From assembly GCA_964486335.1 (NCBI GenBank), contig CAZAMB010000001.1, forward strand, positions 231,979 to 295,978: a stretch of DNA of 64,000 nucleotides. Direction: 5' to 3'. The position numbers and the translations under genes are program-made. Source of the DNA: an uncultured Phycisphaera sp. GTDB lineage: Bacteria > Planctomycetota > Phycisphaerae > UBA1845. Under the pieces are notes generated by a model that was not told where the DNA came from, searched no databases, and worked only from the letters and a program-made list of their open reading frames with translations. This document shows, piece by piece, positions 17,611-27,559 of the stretch (positions are counted from its first letter, which is position 1; each line of letters opens with the position of its first letter).

Positions 17611-18903
17611 GTGGCATCGGGCGATTGGCATGAGGCGGTTGTTTACCTGTTTCTACCTACCGGAGCCGTCGTGCCGCTGATCGTCGTTCCAATTCGAACC
17701 GAGGCCGCCATTCGACGCACTCCGTCAGTCAACTACGCCCTGATGGCGATCAACGTCCTTGCGTTCTTCCTGACCGAACCGCGAATCGGCGGAACTCGCC
17801 TCGCCGCGATGGCCCAGGAGCACCTCTTTTTTCACGCTCCGTCGCCCGCCCTCCACCAGTTCTTCACCTACCAGTTCCTGCACGGCGATATCTGGCACCT
17901 GCTCGGCAACATGCTCTTTCTTTGGGTCTTCGGCAACAGCGTCTGCGGAAAAATGCGCGGCGGTCCCTACCTGTTGTTTTACCTTGCCTGCGGTGTGTTC
18001 GCGGCCTGGGCCAACGCCCTGCTTAAGACCGAACCGTTCAGCCTGATCGGCGCGTCCGGTGCGATCGCCGGCGTGACAACCGCTTACCTCGCCCTGTTTC
18101 CCAGAAGTTACGTCACCGTCATGGTGTGGTTTTTCTTCTTCATCCACTTCTTCGAACTGCCCGCGATGATCATCATCGGACTCAAGATCATCGTCTGGGA
18201 CAACGTGATCGCGCCGGGACTGGGACGCGGTTCCGAGCAGGTCGCCCATCTCGCTCACCTCGGCGGTTATCTGTTCGGCTTTCTGGGCGCGCTGTCCATG
18301 CTGCTCGTGCGAGCGCTGCCCCGCGATCAGTTCGACATTCTCGCCTTGTGGAGTCGGTGGAACCGGCGACGCGCCTGGACCGCCGCGACGAATGACCCCG
18401 CCGGCGCTGCTCGTGCGCGCATCGGCACGGTCGCACACGACGACTCCGCCGATGCCAAAAAACGCGAAATTGAATCGCAGCACCTCGACAAGATCGCCGA
18501 GTTTCGCGGATTGATCGGCCGGCGAATCGACCTCGGCGAGACGTCCGAGGCGATCGGTCTTTATGAACAACTGCAAGCCCTCAGTCCGCGACAAGCCCTG
18601 GCCGAGACGCACCAGCTCGAAATCGCCAGGGAGTATTACCGAACAGGTCGCTTCGCTTCCGCCGCCGAAGCCTTCGAGCGCTTCGTCGAGTGCTACCCCG
18701 ACGCAACGGAAACGCCCAACGTCCGATTGCTCCTTGGCATCATCTGCGCACGCGACTTGCAGCGGTTTGAAGTGGCCGACCGGCTGCTGACCCAGTCCAT
18801 GACCACGTTGCGCGACGACGACCGCCGCGAGCAGTGTCTTTTGTGGCTGCGAAACGTACGATCGGCGTTGGGCCGACCCGCGCCCGATCCAGTGGGTGGA
18901 TAA
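17611..18903 (+). CDS. rhomboid family intramembrane serine protease with C-terminal TPR-like helical domain
   Basis: Rhomboid core motifs are present: FTYQFLHGDIWHLLGNMLFLWVFG, GASGAIAG (catalytic Ser context) and AHLAHLGGYLFG (catalytic His context). The C-terminal 150 aa are helical-repeat-like (..EAIGLYEQL..AREYYRTGRFASAAEAFERFVECYP). GTG start. Confidence 0.85.
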   Translation: MASGDWHEAVVYLFLPTGAVVPLIVVPIRTEAAIRRTPSVNYALMAINVLAFFLTEPRIGGTRLAAMAQEHLFFHAPSPALHQFFTYQFLHGDIWHLLGNMLFLWVFGNSVCGKMRGGPYLLFYLACGVFAAWANALLKTEPFSLIGASGAIAGVTTAYLALFPRSYVTVMVWFFFFIHFFELPAMIIIGLKIIVWDNVIAPGLGRGSEQVAHLAHLGGYLFGFLGALSMLLVRALPRDQFDILALWSRWNRRRAWTAATNDPAGAARARIGTVAHDDSADAKKREIESQHLDKIAEFRGLIGRRIDLGETSEAIGLYEQLQALSPRQALAETHQLEIAREYYRTGRFASAAEAFERFVECYPDATETPNVRLLLGIICARDLQRFEVADRLLTQSMTTLRDDDRREQCLLWLRNVRSALGRPAPDPVGG

Positions 18904-18909
18904 CCAACC

Positions 18910-19755
18910 ATGAAAGAACTCGCATACGTTAACGGTCTGTTCAGCCCGATCGTCGACGCTCGCGTCTCGATCGAAGATCGCGGCTTCCAATTCGGCGACG
19001 GCGTGTATGAAGTCGTCGCCGTCTACAACGGACGCCCGTTTCTTCTCGATCGCCACTTGCGCAGGCTGCGCAACAGCCTGGACGCCATTTCGCTTCGCTA
19101 CGACTTCTCCGCCGCCCCGCTCGAACCGATCATCCTAGACGGCTTGCGGCAGAGTCAGTTGCGCGACGCGCTTGTGTATATCCAAATCACGCGTGGTGCC
19201 GCTCCGCGGTCGCACGTCGTCCCGAAGAACTTGAAACCGACCGTGGTGATGACCTTCAAGCCGCTGCCGGAAGTGTCCGCCGACCTGCGGCGCCGCGGGG
19301 CGAGCCTGATGACCACCCCCGATTCCAGGTGGTCGCGCTGCTTCGTCAAGGCGATTACGCTGTTGCCCAATGTGCTGGCTCGCAACGAGGCCGTTGACCG
19401 CGGGTTCGATGATGCCGTGTTCGTCGCCGCGGATGGGACCGTGCGCGAATGCACCTCGGCCAACATCTTCCTGATTCGCGATGATACGGTAGTCACCCCT
19501 CCATTGACCGAATCCATATTGCATGGCGTAACCCAGAGTTTTCTGATGGACTGTGCCGACGGAATCGGAATGCGTGTGACCGAAGAGGCCTTCGATGTCC
19601 CCGCGCTCTCCGCCGCCAATGAAGTGTTCATCTCCAGCACGTCGCTCGAAGTGCTGGCCGTGACACGGCTGGACGGCCGACCGATCGCCGACGGAACCCT
19701 CGGAAAACGCACCATCCGGCTGTGGGAAGAGTTCCGAGCGCGGTCCCGCGCCTGA
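18910..19755 (+). CDS. dat: class IV aminotransferase, D-amino-acid (D-alanine) aminotransferase-like
   Basis: EDRGFQFGDGVYEV, VYIQITRGAAPRSH, RW.RC.VKAITLLPNV and SSTS.EVL.V..LDG closely parallel the Bacillus Dat blocks. Confidence 0.8.
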   Translation: MKELAYVNGLFSPIVDARVSIEDRGFQFGDGVYEVVAVYNGRPFLLDRHLRRLRNSLDAISLRYDFSAAPLEPIILDGLRQSQLRDALVYIQITRGAAPRSHVVPKNLKPTVVMTFKPLPEVSADLRRRGASLMTTPDSRWSRCFVKAITLLPNVLARNEAVDRGFDDAVFVAADGTVRECTSANIFLIRDDTVVTPPLTESILHGVTQSFLMDCADGIGMRVTEEAFDVPALSAANEVFISSTSLEVLAVTRLDGRPIADGTLGKRTIRLWEEFRARSRA

Positions 19756-19800
19756 ATATCGAACCGGGGAGTGTCCTGAAACCGGCATGGAACGACGCCC

Positions 19801-21090
19801 ATGACTCCTCCCACGCTGCCCGTGCTCATGCCCGATGTTCCCGGCCAACGATGGTCCTGCCACTCGTGCGGCGATTGCTGTCGCGCGCTGGTCGGCCACG
19901 TCTCCCCGGCGGAACGGAAACGCATCCTCGACCAGAACTGGACCGCCGATCTCGGTGCCGATCCGCTGGTTCGCGCGGGCCGCTCATGGGTCCTCAACAA
20001 GCGACCCGATGGCGCCTGCGTGTTTCTGGATTCCCAGAATCGCTGCAAAATCCACGCCAAATACGGCGAATCGGATAAACCGCTCGCCTGCCGCATTTTT
20101 CCATTCTCGGTTCGACCGACGGCGCAAGGATGGCAGACTTCCCTGCGTTTCGACTGTCCCAGCGTTACTGGATCGAAAGGCGAAACCATCGATCGTCATC
20201 GGCATGGGATCGCGGAACTGACCGCGGAACTTGATATCCCGCGACATTCCGTCCTTGCGCCGCTTCAACTTCGACGAAAACTCATCGCCCTTCCGGGAGA
20301 AGCGGAAGCGCTGATGGGTCACTTGCGCGATTGGCTCGAAGACATCTCCATGCCGTTGAACCATCGACTCGTCTCCGCCGCCCGACTCACGACATCCTTG
20401 ATGAACGCTCGTCTCAAGTCCGTTCGCGGCCGACGATTCGAGGAACTGGTGGAGGCGCTCGTGGAAACCCTTCCCGACGAAGACGAAGCGAATCTCCAAC
20501 CGCCGTCATTCAAACAGCGCGGTATGCTTCGGCAAATCGCCTATGCCCATGCCGAGCACGTCACTTTGACGCAATTGCGTGCCGGCGTCTTCGGCCGCGC
20601 TCGTGAACGATGGCGGCAGCTGCGCGAGGCGAGTGCGTTCCTCGCCGGGCGTGGCATGGTCCCTGCAATTCCCGGCCTCTCCTGCGATGTGCCGTTCTCG
20701 GCTGTCGAGACCGTCCGCCCGGCGACCGAACAAATCGCCTCCATCGAAGACCTCATGCGAAGGTATCTTACGGCCCGCCTCGAAGGCGATTCGGTCTACG
20801 GACCGGGCTATTACGGCTGGCCTGTGATAGAGGGCTTGGCGGCCTTGTGGCTTTGCATCGCGGCAGCGGGTTGGCTCGCTCGGCATGAGGCCGCCTCGCA
20901 GCAGCGGACTCGGATTTCGTTGGACGATGTCGCCAAGGCACTGGGTATCATCGACCGTTCCGCGACAAGGCTCCCGGCGCTGGGCACGTGGACCGAGCGA
21001 ACGCGACTGAGTTACCTCTCCGTCGATGACGCCCTCGCACGACTCGTGAAGGCCTATGCCCTCGTGGAGGATCGCGATGAATTCGCCTGA
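19801..21090 (+). CDS. YkgJ-family (CxxCxxCC) cysteine-cluster protein with long C-terminal extension
   Basis: The N-terminus WSCHSCGDCCRA...DGACVFLD..NRCKIHAKYG...PLACRIFPF matches the UPF0153/YkgJ zinc- or iron-chelating domain. The remainder is unassigned. Confidence 0.65.
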   Translation: MTPPTLPVLMPDVPGQRWSCHSCGDCCRALVGHVSPAERKRILDQNWTADLGADPLVRAGRSWVLNKRPDGACVFLDSQNRCKIHAKYGESDKPLACRIFPFSVRPTAQGWQTSLRFDCPSVTGSKGETIDRHRHGIAELTAELDIPRHSVLAPLQLRRKLIALPGEAEALMGHLRDWLEDISMPLNHRLVSAARLTTSLMNARLKSVRGRRFEELVEALVETLPDEDEANLQPPSFKQRGMLRQIAYAHAEHVTLTQLRAGVFGRARERWRQLREASAFLAGRGMVPAIPGLSCDVPFSAVETVRPATEQIASIEDLMRRYLTARLEGDSVYGPGYYGWPVIEGLAALWLCIAAAGWLARHEAASQQRTRISLDDVAKALGIIDRSATRLPALGTWTERTRLSYLSVDDALARLVKAYALVEDRDEFA

Positions 21091-21778
21091 AAGTATTGCC
21101 CCGCGAATTGAACACACACTCCTGAGGGCCGAAGCCACGCCCAACCAGATCGACCGACTCTGTCGCGAGGCCGTCGAATGCCGATTCTTTGGCGTCTGCA
21201 TCCACCCGACGTTTGTTCGGCGGGCAATGCGAAACCTGGAAACGCTTGGCGATGCACGTCCGCGTATCGTCTCCGTCGCGGGGTTTCCCTTGGGCGCCAA
21301 CCGCACGGACACCAAGGCCGACGAAGCCCGCCGAGCCCTCGACGACGGCGCGGATGAAATCGATATGGTTGCGGCCATTGGCGCGCTTGCCGCTGGAGAC
21401 CGTGCGTCCGCCCGTGACGATATCGCCGCCGTGGCACGCGTCGTGCATGGTTTTTCACGGCGAAAAATGTTGAAGGTCATCCTCGAAACCGCCGCCTTGC
21501 CCGATGAGAGAATCATCCTGGGATGCCGGTGCTGCGCCGAGGGAGAGGCCGATTTCGTCAAGACGTCCACCGGATTTCATCCGGCCGGTGGCGCGACCGT
21601 TGAACACGTGCGACTGTTGCACCGCCACGCCTCGCCCATGGGTGTCAAGGCGTCCGGCGGCATCCGGTCGGCGGCGACCGCACTCGCCATGATCGATGCG
21701 GGAGCGACCCGCATCGGAACATCCGCCGGCGTGACGATTCTTAACGAATGCCGGGCCGATCGGACGTCCAATCATTGA
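21077..21778 (+). CDS. deoC: deoxyribose-phosphate aldolase
   Basis: IEHTLL..ATP..I..LC.EA, GFPLGA, GADEIDMV, LKVILET, FVKTSTGF (Schiff-base Lys context) and VKASGGIR. ATG 21077 overlaps the upstream gene by 14 nt. Confidence 0.88.
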   Translation: MNSPESIAPRIEHTLLRAEATPNQIDRLCREAVECRFFGVCIHPTFVRRAMRNLETLGDARPRIVSVAGFPLGANRTDTKADEARRALDDGADEIDMVAAIGALAAGDRASARDDIAAVARVVHGFSRRKMLKVILETAALPDERIILGCRCCAEGEADFVKTSTGFHPAGGATVEHVRLLHRHASPMGVKASGGIRSAATALAMIDAGATRIGTSAGVTILNECRADRTSNH

Positions 21779-21831
21779 CGACCGCGACCCGCCTATTATC
21801 ATGGAATCTCGACCTCTCGGGAGTGCCAGAC

Positions 21832-22350
21832 ATGAAACACGGCCGATCAGAAGACACCACCAGTGCATGTCAGGAATGCGGTGCGTCCGTCTATCGCGAG
21901 CACCTCGATTCCGGCATCGCGCGGTATGAAGATGGACGACTCCTGTGCGCCCATTGCGTGGCCGAATTCGAGGCCAAGCACGACACTAACGACGCCGACG
22001 GCGGCTTTGAGCCGATCGTCTTCGAGGACGAAGTCGGCGGCGACGCGGGCGCGAGCGACGCCCTGTCTCACAGTCGCATCCACGGCGCGACGAAGGCGGG
22101 GCTCAGCACTCCCGGCGCCTGGGACGACAGCAAGTTTCAACGTCCGTTGTCTCCCAAAAGCGCCGGAGCCTCCCGCTGTCGCGTGTTTCATTGCAAGTTG
22201 AGCGAAGGCGCGCTCGAGTTCATGATCAACCAGATCAACGATTGGCTCGACGCCAACGACCAGATCGTCGTCAAGTTCATGAACTCCGCCATCGGACCGT
22301 TCGAGGGCAAACACACCGAGCAGAACCTGATGATCACCGTTTTCTATTGA
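21832..22350 (+). CDS. hypothetical protein with N-terminal CxxC...CxxC zinc-ribbon-like motif
   Basis: Frame from ATG 21832: MKHGRSEDTTSACQECGASVY...LLCAHCV. The C-terminus is conserved-looking (RCRVFHCKLSEGALEFMINQINDWL). No family recalled. Confidence 0.5.
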   Translation: MKHGRSEDTTSACQECGASVYREHLDSGIARYEDGRLLCAHCVAEFEAKHDTNDADGGFEPIVFEDEVGGDAGASDALSHSRIHGATKAGLSTPGAWDDSKFQRPLSPKSAGASRCRVFHCKLSEGALEFMINQINDWLDANDQIVVKFMNSAIGPFEGKHTEQNLMITVFY

Positions 22351-22460
22351 TTCGATCGGAATCCATCCCCGCGGATTGGTCGATGGATAGTCGAGTGCGT
22401 CGGGGACGCGTGCATCGATCGTTCGACGCCCGAAGATCGCTGTTTTCGGTCCGTTTACGC

Positions 22461-23387
22461 ATGACCAACGCCGCCGCTGCAACCCCTGCCGATACCCAGC
22501 CGGTCCGGCTCGCCCGAGCGACAGGCGATGCCTACGGTCAAGCAGCCCGTTCCGCACGCCACAATTCGCCCTGGTGGTACATAAATGGACTGGTGAAACG
22601 CCACCGCAAACCCTTTGCCGATCGAACCGGTCGATGGTGGTGGTTGGTCAAACCCGGATTCGCCTGGCCCTTCGATTTTTTCACTTCATTCACGTCGGCC
22701 GACGGGGTTCGACCCCTAAGGCGGTTGCTCGGCTGGCAGTTTCCGGTGAATGAGCCGCACGCCGACTCACGCGTCCACCTGAATGTCATTCATCAGCTCC
22801 ACGGCTACGACTTGGATCGACTCGAAAACAAGAAACGCCGCAACACCATTCGAAAAGCCCTCCGAGAATTGCTGATCGAGCCCGCAGACCCGTCGGATCA
22901 GCGACTCATCGTTGAGGCGCAGGAAGTGTGGGACAGCCACGTGGCCCGAACGGGCTGGAACAGTCCCATGTCCGTGGAGACGATCGGCGCGTCCTGGCGA
23001 GAGCTTGCCAATTGGCCCGGAACCACTGTTCTCGTCGCCCGCCGCCGTACCGACGGCTCATTATGCGCATGGTTGATCGCTCGAATCATCGATAACACTG
23101 TCTTCATCGACACGCTGACCTCCCATTCCGATCGACTGGAATCGTGCCCCAACGACGGACTCGTGTTTCAGTGCCTTCGATCGGCCGCTCTTCTCGGCGT
23201 GCAACATGCTCACTACGCCCTGAAAAGCCGAATCGCCTCGCTCGAAGCGTTTAAGCAGGCCCTCGGTTTCACCCCCCACCCCTTCCCGACGAAACTGCAT
23301 TTGCGCCCGTTCGTGGGAACCCTCCTCCGGACGATGCGCCCAGCCCTCTACAAGCGACTTTGCGGCGACGAATCATGGAGTGACTGA
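22461..23387 (+). CDS. putative GNAT-fold acyltransferase (FemAB/CelD/BioF2-like)
   Basis: Frame from ATG 22461. The layout KKRRNTIRKALREL...TVLVARRR.DGSLCAWLIARIIDNTVFIDTL.S....ES.PNDGLVFQ.L..A...G...A.Y resembles Acetyltransf_6-type proteins. The assignment is weak. Confidence 0.45.
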   Translation: MTNAAAATPADTQPVRLARATGDAYGQAARSARHNSPWWYINGLVKRHRKPFADRTGRWWWLVKPGFAWPFDFFTSFTSADGVRPLRRLLGWQFPVNEPHADSRVHLNVIHQLHGYDLDRLENKKRRNTIRKALRELLIEPADPSDQRLIVEAQEVWDSHVARTGWNSPMSVETIGASWRELANWPGTTVLVARRRTDGSLCAWLIARIIDNTVFIDTLTSHSDRLESCPNDGLVFQCLRSAALLGVQHAHYALKSRIASLEAFKQALGFTPHPFPTKLHLRPFVGTLLRTMRPALYKRLCGDESWSD

Positions 23388-23516
23388 TTCTGATCCGGCG
23401 AAGGAAAGGTGTGAGGATCGGAGCGTGTCGCCAAGGCGCCGATTCGCTAACGAGGCTTCCTCGCTCGGAAAAGAAACCGCCCAATGGTCGACGCGAAGAG
23501 CCCAACCGCGCCGCCG

Positions 23517-23819
23517 CTATTCATAAAGTACCGTCACCAGCGCGTCAGCGCAGGCCGCGCACGAAACCGCGCACACGCCCCCGCTGAGCCCGTCACAGTT
23601 GCTTTGCAGACATTCAAGAGTGATGTCCGCAAGGGCTTCCAGTTCGGAAGCACCGTCACTCTGCCGAGCCAATGCCCCCGCGTACCAGGCACGAGCCTCT
23701 CTTCGTGTAAACAACAGGCAATCATCCGGCACGACCGGCAATCCGACCACCGTCCCGCAACTGGCCAACCCCACGGCGGCCATCGCCCCAACGATCCGTA
23801 TCGCAAACCACTTCTTCAT
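23517..23819 (-). CDS. small Cys-rich lipoprotein
   Basis: The internal start MKKWFAIRIVGAMAAVGLASC contains the lipobox LASC. The mature part carries 7 further Cys residues. No family recalled. Confidence 0.5.
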   Translation of the reverse strand: MKKWFAIRIVGAMAAVGLASCGTVVGLPVVPDDCLLFTRREARAWYAGALARQSDGASELEALADITLECLQSNCDGLSGGVCAVSCAACADALVTVLYE

Positions 23820-24511
23820 CAATCCGCTCCTGTTCGTGTTCACGCCGGGCGCATCGTATCGCAACTTGGCCGCCAAGGGTACGTCGAATCGCGCCGCCTG
23901 ACATGACCGGCAGAAAGCCCTCGCCTCGGCTTGGATAATTCCTCAAGCTCTGCGGTTGCGTCCTTGACCATTCTTCGAGTTACATTGAAGTGCTTTCGTT
24001 CACGGGCGATTAATTGCAGCGATGATCCGCCGCCGCGAAGACGCGGAAAGACGATTACTTTCCAGTCGGACTTGTTTGGGGGACCGTTTCTGCGCATTTG
24101 AATCTGCAGCACCATCAACAACCCTGCCAGACCGCGAACATCCTATCTTATCGGTTTGATGTGGTTTTGGAGAGTAACTTTCGGACGTTCCAAGTCCTCT
24201 GAACACTCGGAAGCTTGACGCAGTGCCACGCTATTGTCACCACTGGCAGCCAATCGTCGAATTCTCTTGCGGTTATCGCTTGCCGACTGCCGAAGAACTG
24301 GCTACGGTGGTTGAAAGAGGGTTGTTCGTCGAAAGAAGTCACATCCTGTTGATGGCGCGCGATTGCATATTTGTCGCTAGTGGTTCTTGCAGGTGACTGC
24401 GCGATACCTCGCCGTCACCCGAGCAAAGTACTTTGAACCGACTTCGGACCCGGTAGATCTCGGTAAATCGGCGGTCCAAGTCCATTTGGCCACAAGGAAC
24501 GTACTATAAGG

Positions 24512-25933
24512 ATGGCTGAACTACACAGAATCAGAATCGATTCGCTAAAACCGGGCCTGGCTTTACCGGCGGATCTTCTGAACGCCGACGAAACGATTGC
24601 GCTGGCCCGGGATACAGTATTGACCGAGTCGTATCTTTCGGCGCTGCTCTCCGGAGCCGCCTATTTTCTCGGCAATGACGACTGGCCCGTCGGATTTCGA
24701 GAACCCCAGGGAACCAATCTCAGTTCCAGCTCTTCCTCTGATATCCCGCCGCCGCTCGAAACGGATGCGTCGCCGGCGCGCACGATCAACGTGGAAACGC
24801 TCAACGTGGGCATGCGCCTTTCGATGGACATTTTTGATCCCGAAGGCGTGCTTCTTCTCTCGGCGGGTGCGCAGATCAACTCGCGTTTCATTTATTTATT
24901 GCGCAAGCGGGGGATCCGGTTCGTCCACCTTCGCGGACGCAATCCGGAGCCGCGGCCCGAAACGCAGGGCCAGGCGGAATCGGACCGTCCGCCGCCGCGC
25001 GGCCTTGGGCTCGACGACCTGTACAACGAGGCACGAAGCGGCATTGAGCAGCACGTCAAGGCCGGGGACGTCCTCCGCGAAATGAGCGGGACGGTGACGT
25101 CGGGCGGCACGGTTACCGTGGACAAGATGGACGCGCTGGTCAACGGATTCGTCGACCAGATCACCGTCGACCAGGACCTGTTGATGACCCTGATGAGTCT
25201 CAAACAGACCACCGGGGAATACCTTTTTGACCATTCCATCAATGTGGCGCTGATGAGTATGACCATCGGCTCTGAACTCGGGCTGCCCCGGCATCAGTTG
25301 CAGGAACTCGGCCTCGGCGCCGTCTTTCAGGACGTCGGCATGTTGCGCATCCCGGATACAATCCGCATGAAGCCCGGACCGCTTTCCGATCGTGAATGGG
25401 AGCTCATTCGCATGCACCCGGCGCACACGCTGAAATACCTCGAAGGGATGCGAAACATGCCCACCGCCGCCGCCCACGTTGCCTACCAGGCCCACGAGCG
25501 CGCCGACGGCAGCGGATACCCGCGCGGACGACACATTACCACTACGCATCCGTTCGCCAGGGTCGTGGGCGTCTCCGACACCTTTTGCGCGATGACCAGG
25601 CCTCGACCTCATCGACCGGCGTTTCTGCCGCATCGCGCAGTTCAGGAGATTCTGCACCAGGCACGGGCCAACAAGTTTGATCGGAACATCGTGCGCGTTC
25701 TCCTCGATCGCATCTCCGCGTTCCCCGTGGGGAGCATCGTCCAGCTTTCGGACGGCCGCGAAGTCCGCGTCGTGCGCGCCAAGCCCGGAAAGCACACGCT
25801 ACCCGTCGTCGCTGAAATTGACGAAGATGATAACCCCATTGGTGAGACCATCGACCTGTCCGCCCAGTCGGAACTGCGCATCGAGCGCGAACTACGTTTC
25901 ATCCACGGAAGTGCGGACGCTTCGGAGAATTAG
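24512..25933 (+). CDS. HD-GYP domain protein (putative c-di-GMP phosphodiesterase)
   Basis: HSINVALMSMTIG, G.VFQDVGM, HP..TLKYL and HERADGSGYPRG (the HD-GYP signature) are in the C-terminal half. The N-terminal 200 aa are unassigned. Confidence 0.85.
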   Translation: MAELHRIRIDSLKPGLALPADLLNADETIALARDTVLTESYLSALLSGAAYFLGNDDWPVGFREPQGTNLSSSSSSDIPPPLETDASPARTINVETLNVGMRLSMDIFDPEGVLLLSAGAQINSRFIYLLRKRGIRFVHLRGRNPEPRPETQGQAESDRPPPRGLGLDDLYNEARSGIEQHVKAGDVLREMSGTVTSGGTVTVDKMDALVNGFVDQITVDQDLLMTLMSLKQTTGEYLFDHSINVALMSMTIGSELGLPRHQLQELGLGAVFQDVGMLRIPDTIRMKPGPLSDREWELIRMHPAHTLKYLEGMRNMPTAAAHVAYQAHERADGSGYPRGRHITTTHPFARVVGVSDTFCAMTRPRPHRPAFLPHRAVQEILHQARANKFDRNIVRVLLDRISAFPVGSIVQLSDGREVRVVRAKPGKHTLPVVAEIDEDDNPIGETIDLSAQSELRIERELRFIHGSADASEN

Positions 25934-25948
25934 CCCAGTTGTTGCCCG

Positions 25949-26578
25949 TTACGATGCGGCCTGAAGAGCAACCGACGCGGGTCGAACAGGCGACGGCGCG
26001 GCGCGACCCGTGTGGTGCGCTGCCACCGATGCCGGCGCGGACGCGATGGCACGTTGCCAATCCGCTCGCTCCGTGCGCGTGAGAAGTTCTTTCATCGTCG
26101 GTCGAAGGCGATCGGCCTTGCTGCGTGACTTTGCTACGTCCACGATCCGACCGCCGTCAAGCAACCCCGAATCCATCAATCGCGTCAGAATGCCGAACAT
26201 GACCTTGGCCATTTCGGGAGAAATGATGCCCAGGCGCACCTCGCGATAGAGTCGATCCATCGCGTTGCCGACAGCCGCGCGGTTGGTCAGTTTGCGAAGG
26301 TATCCGTCGGGAAGGTGTGACAATCGATTTCGGCGCTTGGCCCGCGCCACCGCGCTGCGCTGCTCGCGGCGCTCCACGAGCGTGGGATCGTGAAGGGGGC
26401 AGAACTCGGTCCCCTTGCGGATGCGACCTCGACACCGCTTGCCCGATTTCGTGATGACGCTGCAACGCGTGTCGTAGGGGAGCCGAACCGCCGTTGTAAT
26501 GGTCTGCTCGCCGGTTCCTGTTCCGGAAAGCTCGCGGCGAACGGGCTTGGTCAACATTTCCCACAGCAGCATGGCCAT
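25949..26578 (-). CDS. hypothetical basic protein with Cys/His knuckle
   Basis: ATG 26578 is preceded by an AAGGAG site. The sequence is MAMLLWEML..RCSVITKSGKRCRGRIRKGTEFCPLHD... No family recalled. Confidence 0.5.
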   Translation of the reverse strand: MAMLLWEMLTKPVRRELSGTGTGEQTITTAVRLPYDTRCSVITKSGKRCRGRIRKGTEFCPLHDPTLVERREQRSAVARAKRRNRLSHLPDGYLRKLTNRAAVGNAMDRLYREVRLGIISPEMAKVMFGILTRLMDSGLLDGGRIVDVAKSRSKADRLRPTMKELLTRTERADWQRAIASAPASVAAHHTGRAAPSPVRPASVALQAAS

Positions 26579-26968
26579 TCTCCTTTGTGCCGAAGTCGGC
26601 ACGCCCGCGGAGATTTCTGGGGCGAGGCGACCAGGCAGGCAGCCCCGCCGCCGACGCCATCCATGCCGTCGGAAGGTTGAGTCGATTGTTCGGTGCCGGG
26701 TGGCGATCCCTCCGTTCATGCAGCAAGCTACATTTGGCTCTGCATGAACTCACGTCGGCACCGACGCGCTTGTGAATTGTACGCCGATTACGGTTGGCCA
26801 CAACCAACCCGAAAAACAAAAGCACGATCGGCGCTGTCGGTGATCTTCCCACACCACATTTCGGGAGATCAGACCTGATGTTATTGAGGGTAGTAGTAGC
26901 CCGGAGCCGCTGTCTCAAAGGTTCGCGTGGCTTTTGGTCGAATAGGCGTATAATTGCTTGCTGCGAAA

Positions 26969-27559
26969 ATGGATAAGGAAAACGTGCTCGCCGGGGCCGC
27001 TATGACCGAATTGCTGCTGACCGGGACCAGATTCTCGGTGGAACGCCGACGCGTGAGGTTGCCGGATGGGACCGCGCTGACCCGTGAAGTGGTCGTCCAT
27101 CCCGGGGCGGTGGTCATTCTCCCCGTCCTCGACGCGAAACGAATCGTCATGATCCGCAACCTGCGGCATTCCGTCGGCGAGGAACTGCTTGAGCTGCCTG
27201 CGGGCACACTTGAGCCCGGTGAACGGGTGGAACACACGGCCGCACGAGAGTTGATCGAGGAAACCGGCTACCGTGCGAGGTCGATCGAACCATTGGGTTG
27301 CTTCTACACATCGCCGGGAGTGATGACCGAGTTGATGCACGCCTATGTGGCGTTTGACCTGGAGTGCGTGGGGCAGTCCCTGGAACCCGGGGAGTGCATC
27401 TCCACCGAGATTGTCGAGGTCGTACGCGTGCGCGACATGCTGGCCAATTCCGAACTGCGCGACGGAAAAACGATCGCCGCGCTCGGATTGTACATCGCGA
27501 AAATCGGACGCCGTGCAGGCGCGCAAGCGAACGCGCATCCGGAGAGAGGTGATCGATGA
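26969..27559 (+). CDS. NUDIX hydrolase (ADP-ribose pyrophosphatase-like)
   Basis: The Nudix box is GTLEPGERVEHTAARELIEETGY. The stop overlaps the next start in an ATGA junction at 27556. Confidence 0.85.
   Translation: MDKENVLAGAAMTELLLTGTRFSVERRRVRLPDGTALTREVVVHPGAVVILPVLDAKRIVMIRNLRHSVGEELLELPAGTLEPGERVEHTAARELIEETGYRARSIEPLGCFYTSPGVMTELMHAYVAFDLECVGQSLEPGECISTEIVEVVRVRDMLANSELRDGKTIAALGLYIAKIGRRAGAQANAHPERGDR

Noticed and set aside
23840-24121. A 93-aa minus-strand ORF whose middle (RLRGGGSSLQLIARERKHFNVTRRMVKDA) vaguely recalls a resolvase/transposase helix-turn-helix. This could hint at a mobile-element remnant.
   Set aside because: The similarity is too loose to defend. There is no catalytic domain, no inverted repeats and no target duplication. 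It overlaps the 5' flank of the better-supported lipoprotein gene.
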